The notes beneath the pieces were generated by a model. It was given only the letters and a program-made list of their open reading frames with translations. It was not told where the DNA came from and did not search any database. A DNA stretch of 64,000 nt, taken from positions 353,396-417,395 of the forward strand of contig DASVRW010000002.1 in the NCBI GenBank assembly GCA_036388415.1. The letters are read 5' to 3'. Each line of letters opens with the position of its first letter. Within the stretch, counting starts at the first letter, position 1. This stretch comes from Candidatus Saccharimonadales bacterium (GTDB lineage: Bacteria > Patescibacteriota > Saccharimonadia > Saccharimonadales > UBA4665). The position numbers were made by a program, and so were the translations under genes. Of the stretch, positions 19,479 to 29,757 are shown piece after piece.

Positions 19479-19921
19479 TTGAGAGCCCCTAAATCTTTGA
19501 GAGCTTGCCGGATGCCGATGAGTGCATCTTTGACATCTCGCTCAGTCAAATTGTCATATTGCTCATGCACCAGCTTGTTACGTAGCTTGTGCGCATACCA
19601 GACACCATCGTTGTCACTGAGATCGCGTTGCACGGTAACCAAGCGTTCTCCCATCGTTTTGCCTTTGACCCGGCTTTTCTTAAGTGCCTCGTCGAGCAGT
19701 TTATCGGCGTCTATAATAGCCAGCGGCCAGGTCGCCCTGCTGGCGCACTTTTTTTGTATCACTTGCCATTTTTCCGCAAAGTAACCGGTGTTCAGACGGC
19801 TGCCAGTCCGGCGGCGCACCAGCCAACTGGCGCCGAATATCAGCACCAGCAGAATGACGATAGCTATACCGGCCATAATCAAATTGGTTGTGCCAATATC
19901 AATCAGTCCTGATGGATTCAT
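19475..19921 (-). CDS. Small membrane-anchored protein with HEPN-like Rx4H motif, embedded in gatCAB
   Basis: 148-aa ORF with one N-terminal TM and a helical domain ending in WYAHKLRNKLVHE. ATGA start/stop overlaps with both gatA (19918-19921) and gatB (19475-19478). Confidence 0.6.
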   Translation of the reverse strand: MNPSGLIDIGTTNLIMAGIAIVILLVLIFGASWLVRRRTGSRLNTGYFAEKWQVIQKKCASRATWPLAIIDADKLLDEALKKSRVKGKTMGERLVTVQRDLSDNDGVWYAHKLRNKLVHEQYDNLTERDVKDALIGIRQALKDLGALK

Positions 19922-21366
19922 CGTACAAGCTCCTCAGTTTGGCGAGCAAACGCTAGAAGTGACCGGTCTGCACGCTGGGCGGCCATGAGCTGCACGCCCA
20001 CCGGCAAGCCGTCAACCATACCAACCGGTACTGAAATCGCCGGTATCCCGGCCAGGCTTGGGCCGACAGTCATAACGTCTGATAGATACATCTGCAAAGG
20101 ATCATTGCTGTTTTCGCCGATTTTAAATGCCGTCGTCGGCGCCACTGGGCCCAACAAGAAATCAACCTGTTCAAAGGCTATGGCAAATTCGTTGATAATT
20201 TTGGTGCGGACAGTCTGCGCCTTTTTATAGTAGGCGTCGTAATAGCCGCTACTGAGTACATAGGTGCCAATCATAATCCGGCGTTTCGCTTCTTTTCCGA
20301 AACCCGTGCCGCGTGACCCGCGGTAGCTATCCTCGAGCGTCGTCGCATCTGGATAACTATAGCCGAAGCGTTGGCCGTCATAGCGGCTCAAGTTACTGCT
20401 GATTTCAGCTGGCACGATGATGTAATACACTGCCAGCGACAAAGGCAGCGATGGCAGGCTGAGTTCCTGAACGTCGGCACCGGCGGTACGAAGCCGTTGC
20501 AATACGTCATCAATAATCTGGCTGACACCGGGTTGAAGGCTGTCACCCATATATTCGCGGATAACTCCGATTTTCTTGCCAGTAAGATTGATGTCTCCTG
20601 GCAGATCAGCATAGCCGGCAGCATCCCGCTCGATGGTTGTACTATCAAGTTGATCCCTGCCAGCAATAACGTCAAACACGAGAGCGCTGTCAGCGACCGT
20701 TCGTGTCAGTGGACCCATCACATCGGTACTACTGGCCATCGCCACCACACCGGAGCGTGACGTCAGGCCGTATGTCGGCTTGAATCCAACGCATCCACTA
20801 AAGCTGGCTGGCTGGCGGATCGAACCACCCGTGTCGGTACCAAGCGCAAACGGCGCCATGTCGAGCACGACTGCTGCTGCTGAACCGCCGGACGATCCAC
20901 CAGGTACCCGAGCCATGTCATGTGGGTTTTTCGTCGGATAAAAATCGCTGTTTTCAGTCGAACCGCCGTGCGCAAAGGCGTCCATATTAGCCTTGGCAAC
21001 ACATATCGCTCCTTCAGCTTCCAGTCGCTCGATAACGGTCGACTGATACGGCGCCGTGAAGCCACGCAGAATATTGCTGGCGGCTGTTGTCTCGGCCCCA
21101 AAAACCAGATAATTATCTTTGGCAATAAACGGAACGCCAGCCAGACGACCGGCGGGTTTCGAGGCAGCTATGTCTGCATCAATCTGCCGTGCCCGCGTGC
21201 GTGCCCTATCTTCGGTTGTCGCGATGATCGCATTGTACTGCTGGTGCTCAGCAATCGTGCGCAGAGACTGTTCGACCAAGTCAACTGCCCGTAGCTCGCC
21301 CGAGACAACTTTAGCCGCAATCTCCGCTATAGGCAGCCATTGTGAAGCAGTTGTAGCAGCGCTCAT
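19918..21366 (-). CDS. gatA: Asp/Glu-tRNA amidotransferase subunit A
   Basis: Amidase signature GGSSGGSAAAV and GTDTGGSIRQPA. Confidence 0.92.
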   Translation of the reverse strand: MSAATTASQWLPIAEIAAKVVSGELRAVDLVEQSLRTIAEHQQYNAIIATTEDRARTRARQIDADIAASKPAGRLAGVPFIAKDNYLVFGAETTAASNILRGFTAPYQSTVIERLEAEGAICVAKANMDAFAHGGSTENSDFYPTKNPHDMARVPGGSSGGSAAAVVLDMAPFALGTDTGGSIRQPASFSGCVGFKPTYGLTSRSGVVAMASSTDVMGPLTRTVADSALVFDVIAGRDQLDSTTIERDAAGYADLPGDINLTGKKIGVIREYMGDSLQPGVSQIIDDVLQRLRTAGADVQELSLPSLPLSLAVYYIIVPAEISSNLSRYDGQRFGYSYPDATTLEDSYRGSRGTGFGKEAKRRIMIGTYVLSSGYYDAYYKKAQTVRTKIINEFAIAFEQVDFLLGPVAPTTAFKIGENSNDPLQMYLSDVMTVGPSLAGIPAISVPVGMVDGLPVGVQLMAAQRADRSLLAFARQTEELVR

Positions 21367-21659
21367 TATCCGATCATCCTTCGAACTTTAATAAGATCAC
21401 CCTGCACTGTTGGCACATTTTGTAGCAAACTTTTGGGCTCATAGCCATAATCACCGATTTCGTCGGCGCGCGTTACATTCACTAGACCAGTCACCTGGCT
21501 GGTTGGCTGCAGTCCGGCTGTATCTACGGCGTTTAATTGTTCGACATACTGTAAAATTTCATTAAATTCCGACGAAAAAGCCGCAACTTCATCGTCATCA
21601 AGCGAGATCCGGGCAAGTTGCGCCAATTTCAAAATATCATCCCGTGTGAGGTCGGCCAT
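21366..21659 (-). CDS. gatC: Asp/Glu-tRNA amidotransferase subunit C
   Basis: MADLTRDDILKLAQLARISLDDDE is a typical GatC start. ATG 21659 is preferred to the upstream alternative start at 21692. Confidence 0.85.
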   Translation of the reverse strand: MADLTRDDILKLAQLARISLDDDEVAAFSSEFNEILQYVEQLNAVDTAGLQPTSQVTGLVNVTRADEIGDYGYEPKSLLQNVPTVQGDLIKVRRMIG

Positions 21660-21866
21660 ATCCGTCAAGTATAGCACCGCTCGTACGCACAAACCAGTAT
21701 AAGTATGCTTTAAATTACGACCTACTGACTCGATTCAGCCGTCAATTTTTTACTACTTTAGCCCTACTGTCATATTAAAGTTACTATATTATAAACACTA
21801 CTGTGTTTACCTAGTCCGGCTGATCAAATAGTATATTTACATGCACAGAACATTATAATTATCTGG

Positions 21867-23834
21867 CTACATCTTCTGCTTTAAATCGTTAATAATATCG
21901 CGTAGCTCAGCTGCTTGCTCAAACTGCAGGTTGGCAGCGGCCATATCCATTTGACGATTCAGGTCTTTAAGCAGATGCTTGTATTCGTCCTTCGGTATTT
22001 TTTTCAGATCCAGCTTAGCGGTTTTGGCTTGCTCAGGCAGGTCAGGCCGCATACCTTTCTCGACGGCTCGGCCGGCACCGGTTGGCGTGATACCGTGCTC
22101 AGTGTTGTATGCAGCCTGAATATCACGGCGCTTGTTCGTCTCACCGATGGCTCGTTCCATGCTGCCGGTTACGCGGTCGGCGTACATTATGACGCGGCCT
22201 TCGACATGGCGGGCAGCCCGGCCGATAGTCTGGATGAGTGCTTGCTCGCTGCGCAGAAAACCTTCTTTGTCAGCGTCTAATATGGCGACCAAACTAACTT
22301 CAGGCAGATCGAGTCCTTCACGGAGCAGGTTGATGCCAACAACAACGTCATAAATCCCGAGCCGAAGATCACGCAGTATATCCGTTCTATCCAGCGTATC
22401 GACATCACTGTGCAAGTACGTTACTTTGATGTTTATCTCTTTCAGGTATTCAGTCAGGTCTTCGCTCATCCGCTTTGTCAGCGTTGTTATCAGGACGCGC
22501 TGCTGCTTGGCGATGGTCGCTCGGACTTCATTGATCAAATCATCGATCTGGCCGTCAATCGGCCGGACTTCTATAACTGGATCGAGTAGTCCAGTCGGTC
22601 GTATAACCTGCCGGGCAGGCTCCGGACTGCGGCTGAGCTCATAATCCGCCGGTGTCGCCGACACGTAGACAGCTTGATTCACGTGGCGTTCAAACTCGGT
22701 AAAGGTCAATGGCCGGTTGTCGAGGGCGCTCGGCAGCCGAAAGCCGTGCTCGACCAGCACTTCTTTGCGGGCGCGGTCACCGTTGTACATGCCGCGGATT
22801 TGCGGAATGGTCATATGCGATTCGTCTACCAGCAGCAGGTAGTCATCCGGGAAGTAATCCATGAGCGTCGCTGGCTGCTCGCCCGGTTCGCGGTTCGTAA
22901 GATACCGGCTGTAGTTCTCAATGCCTTTGACGAAGCCAGTTTCCTCCAGCATTTCCAGGTCAAAGCGCGTGCGCTGTTCCAGGCGCTGGGCCTCAAGCAG
23001 CTTGTTTTCCATTTTGAACTGTGCCAGCCGCTGATCAAGTTCTGATTCGATACTGCCGAGTGCGACCTTCAATTTGTCGTGCGGAGTCACGTAGTGCGAA
23101 CTCGGGAAAATCTTCAGTTCCGTCAATGTCGCTAGTACTTCGCCGGTCAGCGGTTCGAGCCGAGTAATTTTCTCTATTTCATCGCCGAAGAATTCAATTC
23201 GGTAGGCGACTTCTTCACCAGCTGGAAACACATCAACCACATCGCCTCGTACCCGGAAGGTACCACGGTGAAAGTCAATGTCATTGCGCTGATACTGAAT
23301 ATCCGTCAGCTGGCGCAGCAGCTTATCGCGCACCCGGCGCTCACCGACAGCAACCTTGACGGATAATCCGTCATAATCCTCGACTGATCCAATGCCGTAA
23401 ATACAGCTGACACTGGCAACAATAATAACGTCACGTCGGCTGAGGAGTGCGTCAGTGGCAGCGTGGCGCAGCCGGTCGATCTCCTCATTGATCTGTGAAT
23501 CCTTCTCGATAAAGGTATCGCTGCGGGCTATGTAAGCTTCCGGCTGATAATAATCGAAGTAACTGACGAAATAATGGACAGCGTTGTCCGGGAAGAAGCT
23601 TTTGAATTCGCCGTACAGCTGAGCCGCCAGCGTTTTGTTATGACTGAGAATCAAGGTCGGTTTCTGGACGCTTTGAATAAGATTCGCCATTGAGAATGTC
23701 TTACCGGAGCCGGTTACGCCCAGCAGCGTCTGGTCGCGCAGCCCATCATTGATGCCTTGAACTAGCTGCTTGATAGCGGCCGGCTGATCGCCCTGCGGCG
23801 TATAATCACTATGTAGTCGTAGTTTACTCACCAA
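21867..23834 (-). CDS. uvrB: Excinuclease ABC subunit B
   Basis: GVTGSGKTF Walker A, DESH box and a C-terminal UVR motif (FEQAAELRD). Confidence 0.93.
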   Translation of the reverse strand: MVSKLRLHSDYTPQGDQPAAIKQLVQGINDGLRDQTLLGVTGSGKTFSMANLIQSVQKPTLILSHNKTLAAQLYGEFKSFFPDNAVHYFVSYFDYYQPEAYIARSDTFIEKDSQINEEIDRLRHAATDALLSRRDVIIVASVSCIYGIGSVEDYDGLSVKVAVGERRVRDKLLRQLTDIQYQRNDIDFHRGTFRVRGDVVDVFPAGEEVAYRIEFFGDEIEKITRLEPLTGEVLATLTELKIFPSSHYVTPHDKLKVALGSIESELDQRLAQFKMENKLLEAQRLEQRTRFDLEMLEETGFVKGIENYSRYLTNREPGEQPATLMDYFPDDYLLLVDESHMTIPQIRGMYNGDRARKEVLVEHGFRLPSALDNRPLTFTEFERHVNQAVYVSATPADYELSRSPEPARQVIRPTGLLDPVIEVRPIDGQIDDLINEVRATIAKQQRVLITTLTKRMSEDLTEYLKEINIKVTYLHSDVDTLDRTDILRDLRLGIYDVVVGINLLREGLDLPEVSLVAILDADKEGFLRSEQALIQTIGRAARHVEGRVIMYADRVTGSMERAIGETNKRRDIQAAYNTEHGITPTGAGRAVEKGMRPDLPEQAKTAKLDLKKIPKDEYKHLLKDLNRQMDMAAANLQFEQAAELRDIINDLKQKM

Positions 23835-23950
23835 ATAAGTATACCGTACAATTTGGTTTGCTATTTATGACAACCTGGCCAATACACTAGAATATGCCGA
23901 GGGAAACGAACTACAACTGCGAACGGCGGAGCCGTGCCAGATATTACACT

Positions 23951-24670
23951 TTACTGCGTGACGGCTTCAATGCCAATGAAATGTTTCGAAAAGCTTTTGA
24001 CGACATTATGAAATTTCTCTGCTGTGACTTGGTCAACTTCATAATCACCAGTGGTTGTTGTGGCAAAGCAGGCCGGGCCGTATTGTTTTTTGGTGGCAAG
24101 TCCATACATGTGTTTGCCGACGGTTCGGTGCTCATTGTATGGCATAGCGTCCGTTTCCTGCCAGCGAGGATCATCGATTGGCATACGCATGACGTAGGCG
24201 AGATACTCGCCGCCGCAGTTTTTGCCGGTTGGACCGATGATCTGCTCAGTGTTTGTAGCGGTGATCGTGAGTATGGACTGGTCAGTAGGCGATGAATCAT
24301 GAAACGCATATGAAGCTCCCGAATCGACTTCGCTCAGCGGTATACGGACACCCCACTCTTTGATTACGAGATACTGCCGCTCCAGTGTCGTTATGGAATT
24401 GTCGGTAAATACCGTTCCGTCAGCCGTGACGCACTGCTGCGGTGTTGACTGCACCAGCGTGTTTGTCCGGTCTTGTTTGCAGCCGTCAAACGACGTAACC
24501 CGCTTGGATGGCTGCGCCTGCAACTGCCGCCCGGCTGTGTCGTGCCGGAAAATTTGCAGACCGATAAACCCGACGACTATCAGAACGAGCACCACTACGC
24601 CGGCTGCGAGGTGCATAAAACCATGTTGATTGATAGTAGTGCGTTTCATATTCAGGTACCTACTTTGCAT
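23951..24670 (-). CDS. Hypothetical signal-anchored/secreted protein
   Basis: 239-aa ORF with an N-terminal TM (LAAGVVVLVLIVVGFIGL). No motif recognised. It overlaps the upstream gene by 11 nt. Confidence 0.5.
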   Translation of the reverse strand: MQSRYLNMKRTTINQHGFMHLAAGVVVLVLIVVGFIGLQIFRHDTAGRQLQAQPSKRVTSFDGCKQDRTNTLVQSTPQQCVTADGTVFTDNSITTLERQYLVIKEWGVRIPLSEVDSGASYAFHDSSPTDQSILTITATNTEQIIGPTGKNCGGEYLAYVMRMPIDDPRWQETDAMPYNEHRTVGKHMYGLATKKQYGPACFATTTTGDYEVDQVTAEKFHNVVKSFSKHFIGIEAVTQ

Positions 24671-25229
24671 AAATATCAGCGTACATTTTGCGCTCTTCGT
24701 TGAGGGCCAACGTCAACTGTTTGACGAGCTCATCGGGAGAATCATTGAACAAGACAACAGAACCCGGCTTAACGGGTTGCGCCAGCGCCATGATTGCCTC
24801 TATCTGATTGCTGATGCCGCCAGCTCCCTGCAAAAAACCGATCGGGGTGTTACTCTCCATCGCAATCGTAAATTCGTGGAGTGTTCCTAGCCGGCCGCCA
24901 ATACTAACGACCGCATCACTCGAGGTAATGAGCAGTGAATCGCGCCCGACATAGTGCAAACCGCTATACAAAATAACGTCGTAGGCTTCGGTCGGCAAGC
25001 GATACTTGAGGACATGCTCGACCTTGCTGCCAGCCGGACTGATGCCAAGGCTCATTTTGCCGCCGGCTGCCTTGTAGCCTTCGGCCGCATAATTCGGCAG
25101 TCCAACGGTGGCACCGGTCATGAGAGCGTGTCCGGCGTGAGCGATAGCTGCTCCAGCTGCTCGTGCCAGCTCCTTGCCTTCTTCGACGCTATCGCCTTTG
25201 GCGGCTCCTGATACACAAATTTGATACAT
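24660..25229 (-). CDS. LOG/TIGR00725-like (SLOG superfamily) Rossmann-fold protein
   Basis: ICVSGAAKG...LMTGATVGL..YAAEGYKAAGG.SLGISP...SSDAVVSIGGRLGTLHEF follows the LOG/DprA-like pattern. Confidence 0.65.
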   Translation of the reverse strand: MYQICVSGAAKGDSVEEGKELARAAGAAIAHAGHALMTGATVGLPNYAAEGYKAAGGKMSLGISPAGSKVEHVLKYRLPTEAYDVILYSGLHYVGRDSLLITSSDAVVSIGGRLGTLHEFTIAMESNTPIGFLQGAGGISNQIEAIMALAQPVKPGSVVLFNDSPDELVKQLTLALNEERKMYADIYAK

Positions 25230-25258
25230 ACTAGTTTCTCCTCAAAATTCTTGTTTAA

Positions 25259-26503
25259 TTATGACAGCGCCATCTCTGGAGCCAGCTTACGCTGCAAACC
25301 GCCCAGCACAGCCTCTTCCAGCTTGTGATGACTCAAATACTGCAGCAACAGTTCGGAACGCAGTGACTGTTTGAAATACTGGACGACCCGGTTGTCAAAC
25401 GGCAATTGATTGCAATGACTCAGCAGTGCATCGGTCAGATTGCATGACACCGCATGTGCACCGCTGATCATACCGAGATGCTGGCTGCCTTGCCAGAAAT
25501 GGAGCGACGGTTCGATTTTTGCCAATGCGTCCTCGACGGTCGTCCAGGCAAGCTCCGGGGCGGCAATCATTGGTTCAAAGATATCGGACCGCACCGAGCT
25601 GCCAAAGCGTGCAAAGTACTGATGCAGACTATGCCATGACACTGGTTCGTCGAGCGAAAGCGACGGCAACATCGGTTCACCGTAGACCACTTGCTGCACA
25701 ATTCCGCCGAAATTCGATTGCATTTGATGCAATTTCATAAAGGTTCCTGCTGCTCGGATCTCATTGACGGCATGGAGCACTAGTACTGCCGTGGTCAGTG
25801 TCGATAGCTGCGGTTTGTTGACAGGTAACGGCAGCATGACAACCGAGCCAAGTTCCTTGAAGCTCAGCACGTGATGTTTTTGAACTGCAACCACCGATTC
25901 ACTGAGCGTCTGCCATCTTTTTGATGCGGGATATTCAAGCGTCAGCGGGCGCTGTTCGAAATCGCTGGCAGCCAGCTTGGTGTAGGCGGCCAGAATCCGC
26001 TTAGTCCACTGTGGTGATTCGATCAGCCAGGCGGCCGCATACAGTGACGCAGCTGATTCGTGCTTCAGCATTGATTCAGACGAACGGTAGCCCAGCGCTT
26101 TCATGGTTTTACGCGGCAGATGAGCCCGCAAGATCTTTTTGGCAGCCGTTGATTTCAGTGCAAAGCTCCGAGCTGGTGCAATGTCGTTTTGCAGCACACG
26201 GGCCAGCTGCTGCGTTATGTCTTCACTGGTTTGCGCAATCGAAGCAGCCGAAGATCGTATCGCCTGTTCGAAGCGCTGATCATCGATCCGCAGGCGCTGG
26301 CCAAGTGCGGCGTAGAGCTCAGGTCCGGTTGTGTCGTGGGCATCCAGCTGCAGTTCGTGCAGCTTCCCGCGCAGCGCCTGCTGCAGAGAACTCGATAATC
26401 GTATATCAGCACCGGGATGGCCGGCTAGGATTTCAAGTTGCTTTAAACTTTGCTGAAACAATGGCTCACGGGCGCCCAATAATTCAGATAGAACCCTTGT
26501 CAT
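25259..26503 (-). CDS. Hypothetical protein (414 aa, helical, no recognisable motif)
   Basis: Long ORF co-directional with and tightly spaced to its neighbours. The antisense ORFs over it look like GC-driven artefacts. Confidence 0.55.
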   Translation of the reverse strand: MTRVLSELLGAREPLFQQSLKQLEILAGHPGADIRLSSSLQQALRGKLHELQLDAHDTTGPELYAALGQRLRIDDQRFEQAIRSSAASIAQTSEDITQQLARVLQNDIAPARSFALKSTAAKKILRAHLPRKTMKALGYRSSESMLKHESAASLYAAAWLIESPQWTKRILAAYTKLAASDFEQRPLTLEYPASKRWQTLSESVVAVQKHHVLSFKELGSVVMLPLPVNKPQLSTLTTAVLVLHAVNEIRAAGTFMKLHQMQSNFGGIVQQVVYGEPMLPSLSLDEPVSWHSLHQYFARFGSSVRSDIFEPMIAAPELAWTTVEDALAKIEPSLHFWQGSQHLGMISGAHAVSCNLTDALLSHCNQLPFDNRVVQYFKQSLRSELLLQYLSHHKLEEAVLGGLQRKLAPEMALS

Positions 26504-26554
26504 AGTGTCTCTATATTAGCACAAGCGTCATTCGAGAGATAGCGCTTTACTCAG

Positions 26555-27562
26555 TTAGAATCGTTCTGGCTTGTAGCCTGCAGGTGCGCTGCGCAGCAAG
26601 CTTTCTACTTCTTTTTCAGTCAAAAGACCCGCCTGAGCTCCTATCTTTTGCACGACACTCATCGAGTTGATTGGCGCCCACTGCAATGCGCCTTCGAGCG
26701 TATTGCCTTTGGCAAGTGCCGCGACAAATGTACTTGCGAAGGCGTCACCTGCGCCAGTGCGGTCAACTGGATCGGCCGGGTCTGGATATAGCGGCATTTG
26801 AAAGCGGTTTGCACCGTCACTGGCGTAGGCACCGTGCGGGCCGTCGGTTACAACGACTATCTTAGCGCCCAGTTCGTGTAGCTTATTGATAAGGTCATGG
26901 AGATCTTCGTGATTGCCACCACCTACTGTGACCGCCTCTTCGCGGTTGAGGATCAAAACATCACTGCGGGCGTACAGCCGCTTCAAGCGCTCGGCACCAG
27001 CTTCCATCTGGAATGTTCCCGGTTGGAATGCTAATTTGACATCTGGGTTAGCATCGAGCCAGTCAGAGACTTGGTCATGATACGGTATGGCATGCTCGCT
27101 GATCGAACTAAAATATAGCCACTTTGGAATATCGGTCGGCGCGAATACTGGCCAGTGATAGTCATACTCTTCGTGTTTAATAAGTATTGTGCGCTCGGCT
27201 CCATATCGAAGGACGTAGTGGTAGTTGCTCTTTTTGTCTGGATTGACGCGTACAAAGCGGGTATCGACATTTTCAGCATGGAGCGCCGTGATCATGTCGC
27301 GGCCATCTTGGTCTCCACCGACATTAGTCACAAAACCGCTGCTGACTCCTAGCCGAGCAAACGCGACGGCAGCATTGGCAGCATTGCCGACAGCCGTGAC
27401 GACATCTGCACTATCGAATGGTATTTTGGCACCAAACGGCATTGCCAGCACATTTTGGCCTTTGTCGTCTACGTACGTCCACGCTTGGTCATCGAGCAGC
27501 TTGATAAAGGCATCGGTTACGATATCGCCAATACTCATGACGTCTATTTGGTTTTGACTCAT
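26555..27562 (-). CDS. PfkB-family sugar/sugar-phosphate kinase
   Basis: C-terminal DRTGAGDAFASTFVAAL motif and an N-terminal GD.V.D motif. ATG 27562 has GAGGAG 8 nt upstream. Confidence 0.8.
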   Translation of the reverse strand: MSQNQIDVMSIGDIVTDAFIKLLDDQAWTYVDDKGQNVLAMPFGAKIPFDSADVVTAVGNAANAAVAFARLGVSSGFVTNVGGDQDGRDMITALHAENVDTRFVRVNPDKKSNYHYVLRYGAERTILIKHEEYDYHWPVFAPTDIPKWLYFSSISEHAIPYHDQVSDWLDANPDVKLAFQPGTFQMEAGAERLKRLYARSDVLILNREEAVTVGGGNHEDLHDLINKLHELGAKIVVVTDGPHGAYASDGANRFQMPLYPDPADPVDRTGAGDAFASTFVAALAKGNTLEGALQWAPINSMSVVQKIGAQAGLLTEKEVESLLRSAPAGYKPERF

Positions 27563-27655
27563 CCCACCCACTCCTCGTTCTCATTTATCTAGGTTATGTT
27601 TAACCGTATTGTACATCGATTACTAGGTTTATGGCAATGGATGGCACTCGCGGGA

Positions 27656-28567
27656 TTATATTTGTGCTTTGCCAGTACTATTGAAGCTATCGATCTTGCT
27701 TTCGACGACTTTCTGCACGGCTGCAATCACTTTGGGCATCAGCTTGATGACGGCGTACTCTGTCGGGTCTTCGTCAAGTACTTTCTCAAGTGTCGTGCGA
27801 TACGCATAACGCATGTCGGAATTGATGTTGATCTTGGTGACGCCAATCTTGACAGCATCAACAAAATAGTGGCCCGGGGTGCCGCTGCCACCGTGCAGGC
27901 TTATATTACAGTCGATAGCATCACGGATTTCCTGCAGCAATACAAGATCTAGTTTCTTAGGCACTGGATATTTGCCGTGCAGATTGCCGACTGCGGCCGC
28001 ATAGGTGTCAATGCCGGTTGATTTGACAAAATGGTAAGTGCCTTCCGGCGTGCTAAAAGTTTTTTTAATTTCAGCATAGTCAATGCCTTCAGTATGGATG
28101 TTGGAACTGCCGCCAAAGTAGTGCGGCTCACTCTCGACCAGCGCACCGGTCATTTTGGCGTACTCGACAACTTCGCGGGTTGCTTGGATGATTTCCTCTT
28201 CTGTTGCATCGTGATTGGCCTGCGATATATCAATATGGATAAATTCATAACCGGCATCAATACCGGCCTTGGCATCTTCGACAGTCGGTGAATGATCAAG
28301 ATTGATATATATCTCGACGCCAAGAATGGCTTTGTAGTTATCAACCATATCACGGACGTTTTCGAGGCCGAGTGCCTCGACCTCTCCCTGACTGATTTCG
28401 ACCAGTACTGGCGCATTACGGCTCTTGGCAGCCTGGGCGACAGCCCGCAGCGTTTCCTGGTTGTCCAAATTAAAGGCGCCGAGCGCAAAGTGCTCGTCCC
28501 GTGCCCGCTGCATCGTCGCGCGAGCTTTTTGACAGTTTTCTCTAATTTCTCGAAGTGTTAATGGCAT
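27656..28567 (-). CDS. fba: Class II fructose/ketose-bisphosphate aldolase
   Basis: FALGAFNLDN, NLDHS, IHID and SLHGGSG motifs. Confidence 0.85.
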   Translation of the reverse strand: MPLTLREIRENCQKARATMQRARDEHFALGAFNLDNQETLRAVAQAAKSRNAPVLVEISQGEVEALGLENVRDMVDNYKAILGVEIYINLDHSPTVEDAKAGIDAGYEFIHIDISQANHDATEEEIIQATREVVEYAKMTGALVESEPHYFGGSSNIHTEGIDYAEIKKTFSTPEGTYHFVKSTGIDTYAAAVGNLHGKYPVPKKLDLVLLQEIRDAIDCNISLHGGSGTPGHYFVDAVKIGVTKININSDMRYAYRTTLEKVLDEDPTEYAVIKLMPKVIAAVQKVVESKIDSFNSTGKAQI

Positions 28568-28627
28568 ACGAATATAATACCATGCTTATGCTTGCAGAAA
28601 CTATTACAATCAGTATTCGTACTTGAG

Positions 28628-29599
28628 CTACTTTCGGTCAACCACATGATGGGCGGCCATTGCAATATGCTTAGCGTCGAGTCCAAAGTGTGTCAGCAGC
28701 TCGGACGGCTCACCAGACTCACCGAAGCGGTCTTTCATGCCGATGCGTACCATCGGTGCCGGGCATTCATCAGCTAGCAGTTCGGCGATTGCGCCGCCCA
28801 GACCGCCAGCCATCTGGCCTTCTTCGGCCGTGACGACGCAGCCTGTCTTGCGAACACTCTTCAGTATCGTTTCGGTGTCGAGCGGCTTAATGGTTGGGAC
28901 GTGCACGACTTCAGCTTCTATGCCTTGTTTGTACAGGCTTTCGGCTGCTAGCAGTGCCTGATGCGTCATGGTGCCGCAGGCGATGATCGTGACATCAGCA
29001 CCAGGTGAAAATACATAGGCCTTGCCTATTTCAAACGGTGTTTCAGGTGTTGTGATCACTGCCGATGCTTCACGGGCCAGGCGTAAATAATTAGGCCGGC
29101 CATCTTCCGCCATCGCCAGCGTAGCCTTTTCGGCTTCAACACTATCGCACGGCACGATAACGACCATATTTGGTAGTACGCGCATGATGGCGATGTCTTC
29201 CAACATTTGGTGGGTCGCGCCGTCCGGTCCAACTGAGACGCCAGCGTGAGAGCCGACAACTTTCACCGGGCGATCGTTGAGGCAGATCGTAGTGCGTATC
29301 TGTTCCCAGTTGCGTCCCGGACTAAAGGCAGCATACGAGCTGACGAAAGGTATTTTGCCCATTGCTGCCAGTCCCGCACCGACGGTGACCAGGTTCTGCT
29401 CGGCGACACCGATTTCAACAAAACGTTCCGGAAATTCGGCTTTGAACAGACTCATCTGCGTACTATCAGTCAGATCAGCGCAGGCAGCGACAACCTGGGC
29501 ATTCCGCTTACCTGCCTCAAGCAGTCCGCGTCCAAAGCCTTTGCGAATCGGCTCCTGCTGAAGCGTCCCGTTCATGTCTGCAAGATGCATATCGGCCAT
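28628..29599 (-). CDS. Transketolase, C-terminal (pyrimidine-binding) subunit
   Basis: FVEIGVAEQNLV, GSHAGVSVGPDGATHQ and a transketolase C-terminal domain. Confidence 0.88.
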   Translation of the reverse strand: MADMHLADMNGTLQQEPIRKGFGRGLLEAGKRNAQVVAACADLTDSTQMSLFKAEFPERFVEIGVAEQNLVTVGAGLAAMGKIPFVSSYAAFSPGRNWEQIRTTICLNDRPVKVVGSHAGVSVGPDGATHQMLEDIAIMRVLPNMVVIVPCDSVEAEKATLAMAEDGRPNYLRLAREASAVITTPETPFEIGKAYVFSPGADVTIIACGTMTHQALLAAESLYKQGIEAEVVHVPTIKPLDTETILKSVRKTGCVVTAEEGQMAGGLGGAIAELLADECPAPMVRIGMKDRFGESGEPSELLTHFGLDAKHIAMAAHHVVDRK

Positions 29600-29757
29600 T
29601 ACAATCCCACTCCTCTCAATATACTCAGCATGTGCACGCTGTGTTTTAGTACAAACCCACTCACGAGCAGTCCAACGTAAAATAACAATCCGGCAGCGCC
29701 GTACACAATGATACAGTTCGACAGTTTGTCGCGGTGATCATCATACACGTTATGCAT
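29599..29757 (-). CDS. Candidate 52-aa single-TM micro-protein
   Basis: Hand-found ORF, below the ORF-track cutoff: MHNVYDDHRDKLSNCIIVYGAAGLLFYVGLLVSGFVLKHSVHMLSILRGVGL. Its stop TAA shares its last A with the tkt-C ATG (TAATG). Its ATG overlaps the end of the upstream micro-ORF. Confidence 0.4.
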   Translation of the reverse strand: MHNVYDDHRDKLSNCIIVYGAAGLLFYVGLLVSGFVLKHSVHMLSILRGVGL

